From contig CBDFKD010000002.1 of NCBI GenBank assembly GCA_965248695.1, forward strand, positions 2,112,001 through 2,176,000: a DNA stretch of 64,000 nt, read 5' to 3'. Origin of the DNA: Acidobacteriota bacterium. GTDB lineage: Bacteria; Acidobacteriota; UBA890; WLXD01. A program made the position numbers and the translations under genes. Shown one piece after another: positions 38,202 to 50,531 of this stretch (positions are counted from its first letter, which is position 1; each line of letters starts with the position of its first letter). Under the pieces are notes generated by a model that made no database searches, had not been told where the DNA came from, and saw nothing but the letters and a program-made list of their open reading frames with translations.

Positions 38202-39439
38202 GACAGTGGCGGCTCCAGCAGGAGCATCACCAGCAGTGCCGTGCGTTCGACCATGCGCTCCAGATCGACGTACTCGTGCGTCGCGTGCGCCCCGTCGCCG
38301 ACGGCCCCGAGCCCATCGAGCGTCGGTGTGTAGAGGTTGGTGATGTTGCCATCCGATCCGCCGCCGGCGCGCCCGTGATCGAGCTCGAACCCCAGGCTAT
38401 CGGCGTGACGACGGGCTGCATCCCAGAGCACTTTCCCGCCGGCCGTCTGCTCCATCGGCAAGCGTCCCTCGGTCTGTGCCGCCTCGACGCTCGCCTCCGG
38501 GTGTACCGGGCTCAGGCCACGGATGGCAGCGTCGACGCGCGCCGCATCGTCGAGCGTTGGTACTCGCACGTCCACGTCAGCGACACACTCCGATGCGATG
38601 ACGTTGGAGCGCGTGCCGCCAGCGACAATCCCGACGTTGACGCTGACGCCGCGTTCCGCATCGTTGAGCGCGAAGAGGGCTTCCACCAGCCGCGACATCT
38701 CCAGGATCGCGCTGATCCCTTCGTCGGGGTTGAGCCCCGCGTGAGCCGCTCGGCCAGTGACCTTGACGCGATACTGCCGCACACCCTTGCGAGCGGTCTT
38801 CAGCAGGCCGCCCGGTGTCAGTGACGGTTCCATGACAAAGGCGCGGTTGGCGGCGCGGGCCAACCAGCAGATGTACTTCTCGGAGTCGTGGCTGCCGATC
38901 TCCTCGTCGGAATTGATGAAGACGACGGGCGTGACCTCTGGCTGCTGGCCAAGATCGCGCAGCACCCGCAGCGCAAAGACCGTCTGCGTGACGCCGCACT
39001 TCATGTCGTACACACCCGGCCCGCGCATCCGTGATCCCTCTACCAGTACAGGCATGGTCTCCAGGGTGCCCAGCGGCCAGACGGTGTCGCAGTGCCCTAA
39101 CAGCAGCTGCAGGGGCGCGCGGCGTTGACGTGGCGGGCTCGCTAGCAACATGCCGCCGCTCGCATGGCCGGAATGCCGGCGACATCGCAGACCCGCCGCC
39201 TGCAGGCCTTCGGCGATCTGCCGCAGCGCCGCTGGCTGTGTCTGGGTCTCGAGCGTCGGGGTCTCGACCGAAACGAGCCTACGCAGAAACTCCACCGCCT
39301 CAGCGTGCCGAGCGCGAACCGCTTCGACGACCTCGCCGGCCAGCGGGCGCGCCACCGGCGCACAGGTGCGCGCTGGTGGCCGCTGTTGGCCGCGTTCTTC
39401 CTCGGCCAGGCCAGTTCGGGGTTCTGCAGTCTCGTCCAT
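38198..39439 (-). CDS. M20 family metallopeptidase (glutamate carboxypeptidase-like)
   Basis: GHCDTVW, GPGVYDMK, SDEEIGS, MEP, GGGSDGN, GAHATHE. Confidence 0.92.
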   Translation of the reverse strand: MDETAEPRTGLAEEERGQQRPPARTCAPVARPLAGEVVEAVRARHAEAVEFLRRLVSVETPTLETQTQPAALRQIAEGLQAAGLRCRRHSGHASGGMLLASPPRQRRAPLQLLLGHCDTVWPLGTLETMPVLVEGSRMRGPGVYDMKCGVTQTVFALRVLRDLGQQPEVTPVVFINSDEEIGSHDSEKYICWLARAANRAFVMEPSLTPGGLLKTARKGVRQYRVKVTGRAAHAGLNPDEGISAILEMSRLVEALFALNDAERGVSVNVGIVAGGTRSNVIASECVADVDVRVPTLDDAARVDAAIRGLSPVHPEASVEAAQTEGRLPMEQTAGGKVLWDAARRHADSLGFELDHGRAGGGSDGNITNLYTPTLDGLGAVGDGAHATHEYVDLERMVERTALLVMLLLEPPLS

Positions 39440-39511
39440 GCGCGAATGATAGACGAACGAGCCAGACGGACCCGAATCTCTCCGCTGGTGCACGGCACAT
39501 CTTCAGAATCA

Positions 39512-39560
39512 GAGAATATGTTCAACTATCCGTTGCTAGGCGAGAATATGTAATGATAAT
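39512..39560 (+). promoter_or_regulatory. AT-rich promoter region with GAGAATATGT direct repeat
   Basis: GAGAATATGT at 39512 and 39542; TTGCTA-16-GATAAT. Confidence 0.45.
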
Positions 39561-39627
39561 TTATAAGCACTGGGACGGCTGTTGGTCTGTGTCTAACACG
39601 TTTTCAAGACTCGAAGATATCCTGAAG

Positions 39628-40392
39628 GTGCAGAAGTCCGTCCCGTATCTCCTTGCTGCTCTTGTCGTGATCGCCGTGTCGGCGAACCCGGCCTACGCGC
39701 AGAGCCTCCGTGGCAGCCGTGCCTCCATCGATCGGCAGAACCGCCAGGCACGCGCGCACGACTTCACCTTCCTGCGCGATAGCGCGCACGTCGCCCGATT
39801 CGTACGCGGTGGCCTGCTCGTGCCGCTACGCGGCAATCGCGACTACACCCTCCGGGACGTGTCGTACCCGTACGCTCGACCGGAAGTGAAGCTTTTCGCC
39901 GAGCGGCTGGCGAAGCAGTTCCGCGCCGCCTGTGGGGAGCAGCTGGTGGTCACCAGCCTGACGCGCCCGCAATCGAGTCAGCCACGCAACGCCTCGCCAC
40001 GCTCGGTGCACCCGACCGGAATGGCGATCGACCTCAGGCGTCACAACAAGCCGTCCTGTCGTAGTTGGCTCGAGCGAGTGCTGCTTTCACTCGAGGAGCG
40101 CGGAGTGCTCGAGGTCGCCGCCGAGAAGTACCCGCCTCACTACCACGTGGCGCTGTACCCGCGACCGTATGCCGAGTATGTGCAGCGCATCGCCGGTACG
40201 GCAGCGAGCCCACGTGCCGGTGGCTTCAAGGATGTGGTGACTTACAAGGTGAGCCGCCGCGACACGCTCTGGAGGATCGCCCGCAGCCACGGCACGACGC
40301 CCGATCGCATCAAGTCCAAGAACGGGCTCACGTCGACGCGGATCTACCCTGGCCAGATGCTGCAGGTCCCGGTACCCAGCCCGCAGCAATAA
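39628..40392 (+). CDS. Secreted DUF5715-like (Hedgehog/DD-peptidase fold) protein with C-terminal LysM
   Basis: Signal peptide; VTSLTRP, SVHPTGMAIDL, PPHYHVAL metal ligands; YKVSRRDTLWRIA...IYPGQML LysM. Confidence 0.82.
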   Translation: MQKSVPYLLAALVVIAVSANPAYAQSLRGSRASIDRQNRQARAHDFTFLRDSAHVARFVRGGLLVPLRGNRDYTLRDVSYPYARPEVKLFAERLAKQFRAACGEQLVVTSLTRPQSSQPRNASPRSVHPTGMAIDLRRHNKPSCRSWLERVLLSLEERGVLEVAAEKYPPHYHVALYPRPYAEYVQRIAGTAASPRAGGFKDVVTYKVSRRDTLWRIARSHGTTPDRIKSKNGLTSTRIYPGQMLQVPVPSPQQ

Positions 40393-40418
40393 ACACCGTC
40401 TGGATCAACGCGGGACAA

Positions 40419-41591
40419 CTAACGACGACCGGCGGCGACGCGACGAAGCAGATCGTCGTACGAAGCTGCCATTCGATCCCACCCGTAGCGTCGTCGCACC
40501 TGGGCTGCGAGCCCGTCGGTTCCGTCTTGCCAGCGCGCCGGGTCGATCAACACATCGGCGAGCTTGTCTTCAAGATCCTCGACGCCGTCGTATAGACACC
40601 AGGCCCGACCGACGGACGGCAACACCTCGGGATAGCTGAGGCGCCTCGGGAGGAGAGGAATCGCCCCGGCGGCGACCGCTTCCAGCACGCTGATACCGAA
40701 GAACTCGTGCCAGGCGGTCGATACCACAACGGTCGCGCGGCCAAGCAATTCGACATACTCCAATCGCGGCAGAAACCCGGCATGGACAACACGGTTGCCG
40801 AGATCGCGCATCCCCGTTTCGAATGCTGCCGGCACCCCGCCTGGCTGCTCTCCGCACAGCGCGACACGAAAGGCAACGCCACGCTCGGCAACACCGCGCA
40901 GCGCGGTGAAGAACGCGGCGGGATTCTTATCGTATTCCCAGCGGTGGTTCCAAAGCACCAGAGGCAACTCGGCGTCGCCTTCCGCGGGGCGCTCCGCTGC
41001 GACACGGCTCTCGACCAGGTCCTCCACCCGGATGCCGGGATACACCACCTCGCTGCGATCGTGTAGCTGCTGCACACTGTCGAGCTCTTGATGATCCGGG
41101 GTGGCGGCGAGAAAACCCGGCAGCCGGGCCAGCAACGCGTCACGATGGAAAGCCGAATTGAAGGCGACGCGATCGGCCGCCAGCATGGAGACCAGGTTCA
41201 CGAACCCGTAGACATCGTTGCCCGCGCCGCGGTACTGATCCGGGGGGCACCCGCCGGCGGCGTCCGGCCCAGGGTCGCTGCCGACTGCCGGCAATGGGTA
41301 GGTGAACTGGTTCTCGTGCATATAGAGAACCAGCGGCACCGTCCCCGCCTGCCGGCGCGTCAACGCCAGAAACGTCGTCACGTCGAGCATGTCGGTGGCT
41401 AGGATCACATCGGCCGGAGCGATCTCGAGGTAGCGACGGGCGAGCGTGATGGCCGACCCGCGCATACGCCACTTCCAGAAGTGACCCGGTAGCGTCAACA
41501 GCTCGATATCGTGATCGCTATGCGCTGCCAGCCCTTCGGCCCAGGACGCATGGCTCCCCCCGTGGTACGGGGACAGCAGGGCAACGCGCAC
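40419..41591 (-). CDS. DUF3524 / GTDC1-like GT4 glycosyltransferase
   Basis: PYHGGSH, WKWRMRG, YMHENQFTYP, FNSAFH, WNHRWEYDKNP, HEFFGISVLEA, RLSYPE. Confidence 0.88.
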   Translation of the reverse strand: MRVALLSPYHGGSHASWAEGLAAHSDHDIELLTLPGHFWKWRMRGSAITLARRYLEIAPADVILATDMLDVTTFLALTRRQAGTVPLVLYMHENQFTYPLPAVGSDPGPDAAGGCPPDQYRGAGNDVYGFVNLVSMLAADRVAFNSAFHRDALLARLPGFLAATPDHQELDSVQQLHDRSEVVYPGIRVEDLVESRVAAERPAEGDAELPLVLWNHRWEYDKNPAAFFTALRGVAERGVAFRVALCGEQPGGVPAAFETGMRDLGNRVVHAGFLPRLEYVELLGRATVVVSTAWHEFFGISVLEAVAAGAIPLLPRRLSYPEVLPSVGRAWCLYDGVEDLEDKLADVLIDPARWQDGTDGLAAQVRRRYGWDRMAASYDDLLRRVAAGRR

Positions 41592-41605
41592 CGTGGCTAG
41601 CAGTC

Positions 41606-42727
41606 CTAGCTGCCGGCCGCCTCTACGTTGGCCAGGCCGCGTGAGCCGGCCAGCTTGCTGCCGAAGAGGATCTCGTTGGTCGTGCAGTTGAGGTCGACGC
41701 CATACAACCAGCGGCCGGTCGTTCTGACGTCGGCACCGTCGAGCACGAAGGCCGTCCCTTGCTTGCCGGCTATCAGGCCGGTGGCGAACTCGAACGGCAG
41801 CGGAAAGGGACACGGCAACCTGAGCACGCCGCTAACGATCAGTGCCAGCTCGGCCAGGTTGGCGAACCAGTATCGTCCGGCCGGGTCGACATCAAACGCC
41901 GTCGCCTGAATTCCGACGCCGTTCCAAACTCGCTTGACCTTGGTCAGTTTCTTGCCGGTGATGCGCCAGATCGAGTCCCAGCGATCCGGGAACAGCGGAG
42001 TCATCAACGGTCCGCCCTCGCCGTCGACGAAGTAGACGTTGCCGTTCGTGTCGCGTGCCAGCAGCTTGGGGTTGAACAACTCCTTGCGCGGCGCAAGTAT
42101 CGTGAACTCCCCGGTCTCGAGGTCGTAGCGCCACAAACGGCCGTCGACAACGGCCTGACCGCTGACGGTGGCGCCCTGATCCGCGATAATCAAGCCTCCC
42201 CGCCCATCGAACAGGACGTCGTTGGCGAAGCCGAACGAAGCAGCCTGACCGGCTGGGGATGCCAGCTCGGTCAGGTTGTTGCGCGTTTTCGCGACGTCGA
42301 ACAGCAGAACCCGCGACACGGCCGCGATCGCCAGCAGGCCAGACACCGAATCGAACGCAACCCCGCGTGCCACGAAGCTCGACTTGACCTTCTTCCCCTT
42401 GACGCCGGCGGGGGGGTCGAGGTTGAACTCGAGGGCGCGGAAGCGTTTCTCGGTGACCGACAACAGCTCTCCGGGCTCGGGAGTCAGCCGGCGCAGATCA
42501 GCGCCGGAAACAACGCGACTGGGGGCGAGCTGCCGGTCCTCGCGCTGCGCCAGATTGGCATCCGCTCGCACGAGCCGGCGGCGTTCGAGAGCCAGCGCCA
42601 GTCTGGCGTTGTCCTCGGGCGCCTGCTCCGCCCTGGCTAGCGAGGGCGACGGCGAAACCAGTGTCAACCCCGGCAGACCGAGCACCAATGCACAGAGGGA
42701 GAGCGGGCCGTACAGTTTCCGTGACAT
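41606..42727 (-). CDS. Secreted beta-propeller-like hypothetical protein
   Basis: Signal peptide; NHL/SMP-30-like blades (ARGVAFD, ANDVLFDGRGGLIIAD, PKLLARDTNGNVYFVD, ATAFDVDPAGRYW). Confidence 0.65.
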   Translation of the reverse strand: MSRKLYGPLSLCALVLGLPGLTLVSPSPSLARAEQAPEDNARLALALERRRLVRADANLAQREDRQLAPSRVVSGADLRRLTPEPGELLSVTEKRFRALEFNLDPPAGVKGKKVKSSFVARGVAFDSVSGLLAIAAVSRVLLFDVAKTRNNLTELASPAGQAASFGFANDVLFDGRGGLIIADQGATVSGQAVVDGRLWRYDLETGEFTILAPRKELFNPKLLARDTNGNVYFVDGEGGPLMTPLFPDRWDSIWRITGKKLTKVKRVWNGVGIQATAFDVDPAGRYWFANLAELALIVSGVLRLPCPFPLPFEFATGLIAGKQGTAFVLDGADVRTTGRWLYGVDLNCTTNEILFGSKLAGSRGLANVEAAGS

Positions 42728-42820
42728 GGCGAAAGGAACGTTCGGTGTTGGAGCGCGGTAGCGCCGAACGGCGGAGCCGAATTGCGAGCGCTCGTGAGTA
42801 TAACGCGTGCGCTCTCTCGA

Positions 42821-42849
42821 TTGACCCACTCGGAGGCCACGCATACCAT
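42821..42849 (+). promoter_or_regulatory. Sigma70 promoter for tRNA cluster
   Basis: TTGACC-17-TACCAT followed by a GC-rich discriminator. Confidence 0.7.
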
Positions 42850-42909
42850 GGCGGGCTCAGTGTCCCGGGCCGGTTGCTCGAAGAGTACCCGACTCGGGAG
42901 ACACTGGGT

Positions 42910-42983
42910 GGTGAGCGTAGCTCAACGGGCAGAGCACTCGGCTGTGGCCCGAGAGGTTGGGGGTTCAAGTCCCCTCGCTCACC
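42910..42983 (+). tRNA. tRNA-His(GUG)
   Basis: Cloverleaf: G-1, acceptor GTGAGCG/CGCTCAC, anticodon arm CTCGG-CTGTGGC-CCGAG, TTCAAGT loop, C73; CCA not encoded. Confidence 0.95.
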
Positions 42984-42988
42984 CCTGC

Positions 42989-43063
42989 GCGCCCGTAGCT
43001 CAGCACGGATAGAGCGTCAGATTCCGGATCTGAAAGTCGCAGGTTCGAATCCTGCCGGGCGCA
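42989..43063 (+). tRNA. tRNA-Arg(CCG)
   Basis: Acceptor GCGCCCG/CGGGCGC, anticodon arm TCAGA-TTCCGGA-TCTGA, GGTTCGAATCC. Confidence 0.95.
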
Positions 43064-43103
43064 TCTCTTTTTGTTCGTTTTGGTACTCTGAGCCTGGTTG
43101 CTT

Positions 43104-43176
43104 GGGCCGCTAGCTCAACTGGCAGAGCAACGGACTCTTAATCCGTAGGTTCTAGGTTCGATTCCTAGGCGGCTCA
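43104..43176 (+). tRNA. tRNA-Lys(CUU)
   Basis: Acceptor GGGCCGC/GCGGCTC, anticodon arm ACGGA-CTCTTAA-TCCGT, GGTTCGATTCC. Confidence 0.95.
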
Positions 43177-43266
43177 CCTCTTTCGACAGGTCGACCTGTC
43201 AATCGCCAGTCGGTCTATGTCGCTTCGCCCGCTCGGGAAGCGACTGCCGGCGGCGAGAAGCGCCGC

Positions 43267-43350
43267 GCGAAAGTGGCGGAATTGGCAGACGCGCTGGCCT
43301 TAGGAGCCAGTGGGCTAACGCCCGTGGGGGTTCGAGTCCCCCCTTTCGCA
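43267..43350 (+). tRNA. tRNA-Leu(UAG)
   Basis: Acceptor GCGAAAG/CTTTCGC, anticodon arm CTGGC-CTTAGGA-GCCAG, long variable arm GGGC-TAAC-GCCC. Confidence 0.95.
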
Positions 43351-43437
43351 TGATTCCGGCGACCTTCGAGACCAGCCGGTAGCTGACTCGACGGCGCGCT
43401 ACGCCCCACACCTTCGACACTGCCGGAAGCGATACGA

Positions 43438-44769
43438 ATGAGCACTACGAACGATCACGAGGCCGAGCACTCGCAGGACGGAGTGCGCCACACGCTGCGG
43501 TTGATAGTTCCGGCCGAGCTCATGGGCCAGCGGCTCGAGATGGCCGCGCAGGCCTTCCGCGAGCACGCTCGGATCGCCGGGTTCCGGCGTGGCAAGGCTC
43601 CCCTCTCCATGGTCACCCAGCAGTTCGGAGATCAAATCCGCCAGCGGGTGCTGGATGAAACGATCCCGGAGTTCGTCCGTTCGGAATTGCAGGCACGCGA
43701 GCTGCACCCGCTCGATTCGCCGGCGCTCGGCGACGTCGAGTTCAGTCCCGGCGCACCGCTGACGTTCACCGTGAGCTTCGATACCGCGCCCGAGGTGGTG
43801 GTGGCCGACGCCGAGCTGACCGCCACCAGGGAACGCCCGCAGCTTAGCGACGAGATCGTCGACGAGGCGCTGTCGAATTTGCGCGAGCGGGCCGCCAGTC
43901 TCGCACCGGCCGGAGAGGAAGAAGGCATTGCCGCCGGGATGTTCGCGCGCTGCGAGATCGCCCTGTTCGCCAAAGACGGCAAGGGCAGAAAGCTCCTGGA
44001 AGAGAACCGCTACGTCCGCGTCGGCGAGGAGCGCGCCATCCCGGGGCTCAATGTCCAGCTGGAGGGGCTCACCGTAGGTGAGGAGCGGACGTTCGTCACC
44101 GAGTTGGCCGATACCTATCCGAACTCGCTTCTGGCTGGCAAGGAAGTCCGCTGTCGCGTCCAGGTGGTCGAGATCAAGCGCCGTCAGTTGCCGACGATCG
44201 ACGACGACTTCGCCAAGGACCTCGGGTTCGACGATCTGGCAGCGCTGCGCGCAAAGGCAGGCGAGGACCTGACCGTATCGATGGAGGCAAAGGCGGAGCG
44301 CGCCCTCGAGCAACAGCTGCTCGACCAGCTGCGCATCAAGAATCCGGTTGACGTGCCCGACTCGCTCACCGAGCGACGTCTCGACGAGATGTCGCAACGG
44401 TTCGCTTCCGATCTCGCACAGCAGGGTGTCGACCCGCGCGAAGCAATCGACTGGGCCGAGTTCCGAGCCGAGAATCGACAGCGGGCAAGCGACGGAATCG
44501 CCGAGGAAATGCTGCTCGACCGTATCGCCGACGACGAGGAGATCATCGTCGATGACGGGGCGGTGACAGGCGAAATCCGCTCCCAACTCGAGCAAAACGA
44601 GGGTGGAAACGAGCGGTCCCTTGCGTCCGTGGTTCAGCAGATGCGGAAGGAGGGGGCCTTCGAGGGATTGCGTATCACGATGCGCAGACGTTTGGCTTTG
44701 GATCACCTCCAGGACCGTGCTACGATTACCGACGATGGCGGCGAAAACGCCAGTGTTTCCGGGACTTAG
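43438..44769 (+). CDS. tig: Trigger factor
   Basis: GFRRGKAP ribosome-binding signature, LAGKE, LPTIDDDFAK; position between tRNA-Leu and clpP. Confidence 0.92.
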   Translation: MSTTNDHEAEHSQDGVRHTLRLIVPAELMGQRLEMAAQAFREHARIAGFRRGKAPLSMVTQQFGDQIRQRVLDETIPEFVRSELQARELHPLDSPALGDVEFSPGAPLTFTVSFDTAPEVVVADAELTATRERPQLSDEIVDEALSNLRERAASLAPAGEEEGIAAGMFARCEIALFAKDGKGRKLLEENRYVRVGEERAIPGLNVQLEGLTVGEERTFVTELADTYPNSLLAGKEVRCRVQVVEIKRRQLPTIDDDFAKDLGFDDLAALRAKAGEDLTVSMEAKAERALEQQLLDQLRIKNPVDVPDSLTERRLDEMSQRFASDLAQQGVDPREAIDWAEFRAENRQRASDGIAEEMLLDRIADDEEIIVDDGAVTGEIRSQLEQNEGGNERSLASVVQQMRKEGAFEGLRITMRRRLALDHLQDRATITDDGGENASVSGT

Positions 44770-44867
44770 TGAGTTATCGGGACTGGGTTGGCGCCGCTTC
44801 TTTTTTTGTTGAGTAGCGACGATTTCGACGCGGCAAACTGCCTGCCGCCTGCCCGCTGGAGGGCGCG

Positions 44868-45458
44868 ATGACGCTGGTCCCGATGGTCGTAGAGCAGACC
44901 GCTCGCGGCGAGCGCGCCTACGACATCTACTCGCGGCTGCTCAAGGACCACATCATCTTCATCGGTAGCCCGATTGACGACATTATCGCCAATCTGGTGA
45001 TCGCGCAGCTCCTGTTTCTGGAAGCCGAGGACCCGGAGCGCGACATCTCCCTTTACATCAACAGCCCGGGCGGATCGGTCACCGACGGGCTCGCGATGCT
45101 CGATACCATGCAGTTCATCCGGCCCGACGTGTCGACTATCTGTATCGGACAGGCGATGAGCATGGGCGCGGTCCTCCTGGCGGCGGGAGCACCGGGGAAG
45201 CGCTTCGCGCTCCCGAGCGCGCGCATCATGATCCATCAACCGTCGGGCGGCATGCAGGGGACAGCGGCTGACATCCAGATCCAGGCGCGCGAGATCCTGC
45301 GGCTCCGAGAGGAGCTCAACCAGATGCTGGCCCGTTGGACCGGACAATCAGCAGAGAAGATCGCCGCGGACGCCGACCGCGACTTCGTTCTGACAGCGGC
45401 CGAATCGGTCAAGTATGGTTTGATAGACAAGGTTATCGACTCACGCGACGTCACCTAA
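44868..45458 (+). CDS. clpP: ATP-dependent Clp protease proteolytic subunit
   Basis: [27 protein letters not shown] triad. Confidence 0.97.
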   Translation: MTLVPMVVEQTARGERAYDIYSRLLKDHIIFIGSPIDDIIANLVIAQLLFLEAEDPERDISLYINSPGGSVTDGLAMLDTMQFIRPDVSTICIGQAMSMGAVLLAAGAPGKRFALPSARIMIHQPSGGMQGTAADIQIQAREILRLREELNQMLARWTGQSAEKIAADADRDFVLTAAESVKYGLIDKVIDSRDVT

Positions 45459-45518
45459 CCCGCCTACCCCCGTGCGCTCGATGGGGCGGGCGCGCTTCCG
45501 GTCTCCAGGAAATCGAAC

Positions 45519-46760
45519 ATGAGCCGATCCAGCTCGGGAAACTCATCGCTGCGGTGCTCGTTCTGTAGCAAGAGCCAGAGCGAAGTCCGCAAGCTGATCG
45601 CCGGCCCCAACGTCTACATCTGCGATGAGTGCATCGAGATCTGCACCGACATCATCGCCGAGGAGCGCGACCTCGAGGAGCGCAGTGAGCTCGTCGAGCT
45701 GCCAAAGCCGGCAGAGATCAAAGCTTTCCTCGACCAATACGTGGTCGGACAAGGCGGTGCCAAGAAGAAGCTGGCGGTGGCGGTCTACAACCACTATCGC
45801 CGCAGCGACCTGCTCGACCGCCGCTCTGGAGACGATGTCGAGCTCTCGAAGAGCAACATCCTGCTGATCGGCCCAACCGGGACGGGCAAGACGTTGCTCG
45901 CCCAGACGCTGGCTCGCGTGCTCCAGGTGCCGTTCACGATCGCCGACGCCACTACCCTCACCGAAGCCGGGTATGTCGGCGAGGACGTCGAGAACATCGT
46001 GCTCAAGCTCTTCCAAGCGTCCGGCTACGACAAAGAGAAGACCGAGCGCGGCATCATTTACATCGACGAGATCGACAAGATCGCCCGCAAGGACGAGAAC
46101 CCCTCGATCACCCGCGACGTGTCCGGCGAGGGTGTCCAGCAGGCGTTGTTGAAGATCCTCGAGGGCGTGCAGGCGAACGTGCCGCCGCAGGGCGGTCGCA
46201 AGCACCCGCACCAGGAGTTTTTCCAGATCGATACGACCAACGTGCTGTTCATCGTCGGCGGCGCGTTCGTCGGGCTTGACCGCATCATCTCGCAACGAGT
46301 CGGACGTCAGGGCATGGGCTTTACGGCTGACGTGAAGGCGGAAGTCGCCAACGACGAGAATCTCTTCGCTCAGGTACAGCCCGGCGATCTGATCCGCTAC
46401 GGGCTCATTCCAGAGTTCGTTGGTCGCCTGCCGGTTGTCGGTCACTTGAACTCGCTCAACCGAGAAGACCTCGTCACGATCTTGACGGAGCCCAAGAACG
46501 CCCTCGTGAAGCAGTATCAGAAATTGTTCGATTGCGAGGGCGTCAATTTGAACTTCACCGACGACTCGTTGGTAGCGATTGCCGAGGCGGCAATCGACCG
46601 CGGTATCGGTGCCCGTGGGCTCCGCGCCATCATGGAAGATTTCATGCTCGAGATCATGTACAAGCTGCCGAGCGAGATCGGCCTCGAGGAATGCGTGATC
46701 TCCCGCGAGGTCGTGGAGAACAAGATCGACCCGCTGGCCGTGATCAAGAAGGCCGGCTAG
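45519..46760 (+). CDS. clpX: Clp protease ATP-binding subunit
   Basis: CSFC..CDEC zinc domain, [20 protein letters not shown] loop. Confidence 0.97.
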   Translation: MSRSSSGNSSLRCSFCSKSQSEVRKLIAGPNVYICDECIEICTDIIAEERDLEERSELVELPKPAEIKAFLDQYVVGQGGAKKKLAVAVYNHYRRSDLLDRRSGDDVELSKSNILLIGPTGTGKTLLAQTLARVLQVPFTIADATTLTEAGYVGEDVENIVLKLFQASGYDKEKTERGIIYIDEIDKIARKDENPSITRDVSGEGVQQALLKILEGVQANVPPQGGRKHPHQEFFQIDTTNVLFIVGGAFVGLDRIISQRVGRQGMGFTADVKAEVANDENLFAQVQPGDLIRYGLIPEFVGRLPVVGHLNSLNREDLVTILTEPKNALVKQYQKLFDCEGVNLNFTDDSLVAIAEAAIDRGIGARGLRAIMEDFMLEIMYKLPSEIGLEECVISREVVENKIDPLAVIKKAG

Positions 46761-46980
46761 CCGCCCAGCAGCGAGCTTCGCGATCATGGGACGGCGTAGG
46801 GAACGGTTTGCGGCTGTCTCCGCGCACCGTGTAACCTCTATTCTGTAGGGGGAAGCAGCGCATCGACTCGCTGGCGTCCGTGCCAACCGGGTCTTTCCAC
46901 CGTAGCTCGGCCCTCGGCACGGTTTTGAAGGCGCACCAGCCCGACGTCCTGTCGGCCACCACCCGAACCTCCCACGATCT

Positions 46981-49725
<2,745 letters not shown>

Positions 49726-49774
49726 GCGCCGGTTGAGGAGCTCGCCGCCGAGGGCGGCGGCGCGAGGACCCGCG

Positions 49775-50380
49775 GTGAAGATCCAGGACGTACGCCCGAC
49801 ATTCACCACCTCCCGTGCGGGTGACTACCCGCCGGAGTCACTGCCCGAGATCGCGTTCCTCGGTCGGTCCAACGTCGGCAAGTCCAGCCTTTTGAACTCG
49901 CTGCTCAATCGCAAGCGGCTAGCGCGCACCAGCAAGGCACCTGGTCGTACGCGCGCCATCCACTGGTATCGGGTCGAGGGCGGCGGACACCGATGCCACT
50001 TCGTCGACCTGCCGGGGTACGGCTACGCGCGCGTGCCACGGAAGGTACGCGAGCACGAGTGGGCAACCCTGATCGAGACCTATCTGGAGTCGAAGCAGCC
50101 GATGGCGGTGGCGATCCAGCTGCTCGATATCCGGCGCGACGGCCCCACCGAATTGGATGAGCAGATGATCGCGTGGTTGCGGGCCAACCAGCGGTCGACC
50201 ACCTATGTGCTCACCAAGGCCGACAAGCTGTCGCGCTCACGGCGCGCTCGCGCCGCTCAGCTGTTCGCTCGAAAGCTCCAGCTGCCGGACGGCGCGAGAC
50301 CGATTCCCTACTCGGCGGTGACCGGCGAGGGCCGCGCCGAGCTGTGGTCGATCCTCGACGCGCACATTGCGGCGAGCTGA
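49775..50380 (+). CDS. engB: Ribosome biogenesis GTPase YihA/YsxC
   Basis: GRSNVGKSS, SKAPGRT, DLPGYG, TKAD. Confidence 0.93.
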   Translation: MKIQDVRPTFTTSRAGDYPPESLPEIAFLGRSNVGKSSLLNSLLNRKRLARTSKAPGRTRAIHWYRVEGGGHRCHFVDLPGYGYARVPRKVREHEWATLIETYLESKQPMAVAIQLLDIRRDGPTELDEQMIAWLRANQRSTTYVLTKADKLSRSRRARAAQLFARKLQLPDGARPIPYSAVTGEGRAELWSILDAHIAAS

Positions 50381-50531
50381 TCGGCAACAGAGAAGGCCCG
50401 TGACGGTGACCCGAGTCGATGAAAGTCGTCGTTGAATGGTATTCTTGTTGCTCTGTCCCACCTGGCGACACTCGCCTCCAATACCTCGCTGACGGCACCG
50501 CTGTGGACAGCGAGAACAGGACAACGCTCCC

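Noticed and set aside
39031-39627. Long N-terminal extensions given by the ORF track (also 3354, 13218, 41813, 42844, 54525, 58372, 60550)
   Set aside because: They overlap neighbouring genes or promoters; shorter starts fit signal peptides, RBS or -10 positions and family N-termini.
42910-43350. tRNA cluster as integration site of an island or prophage
   Set aside because: No integrase and no duplicated tRNA 3' end seen; downstream is the conserved tig-clpPX-lon block.
44780-44810. Intrinsic terminator after tig (T-tract)
   Set aside because: U-tract present, but I could not identify a convincing stem.
45543-46886. 447-aa antisense ORF over clpX, and similar long shadow ORFs (8523-9722, 14721-16007, 35256-36362, 43399-44706, 61878-63152)
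   Set aside because: They mirror well-supported genes on the other strand; expected from stop-codon scarcity in high-GC coding DNA; no motifs.
50418-50440. Zur box before the Zn-free L31
   Set aside because: Poor palindrome; the gene sits in the core rpmE-prfA-prmC position, so it is probably the main L31.
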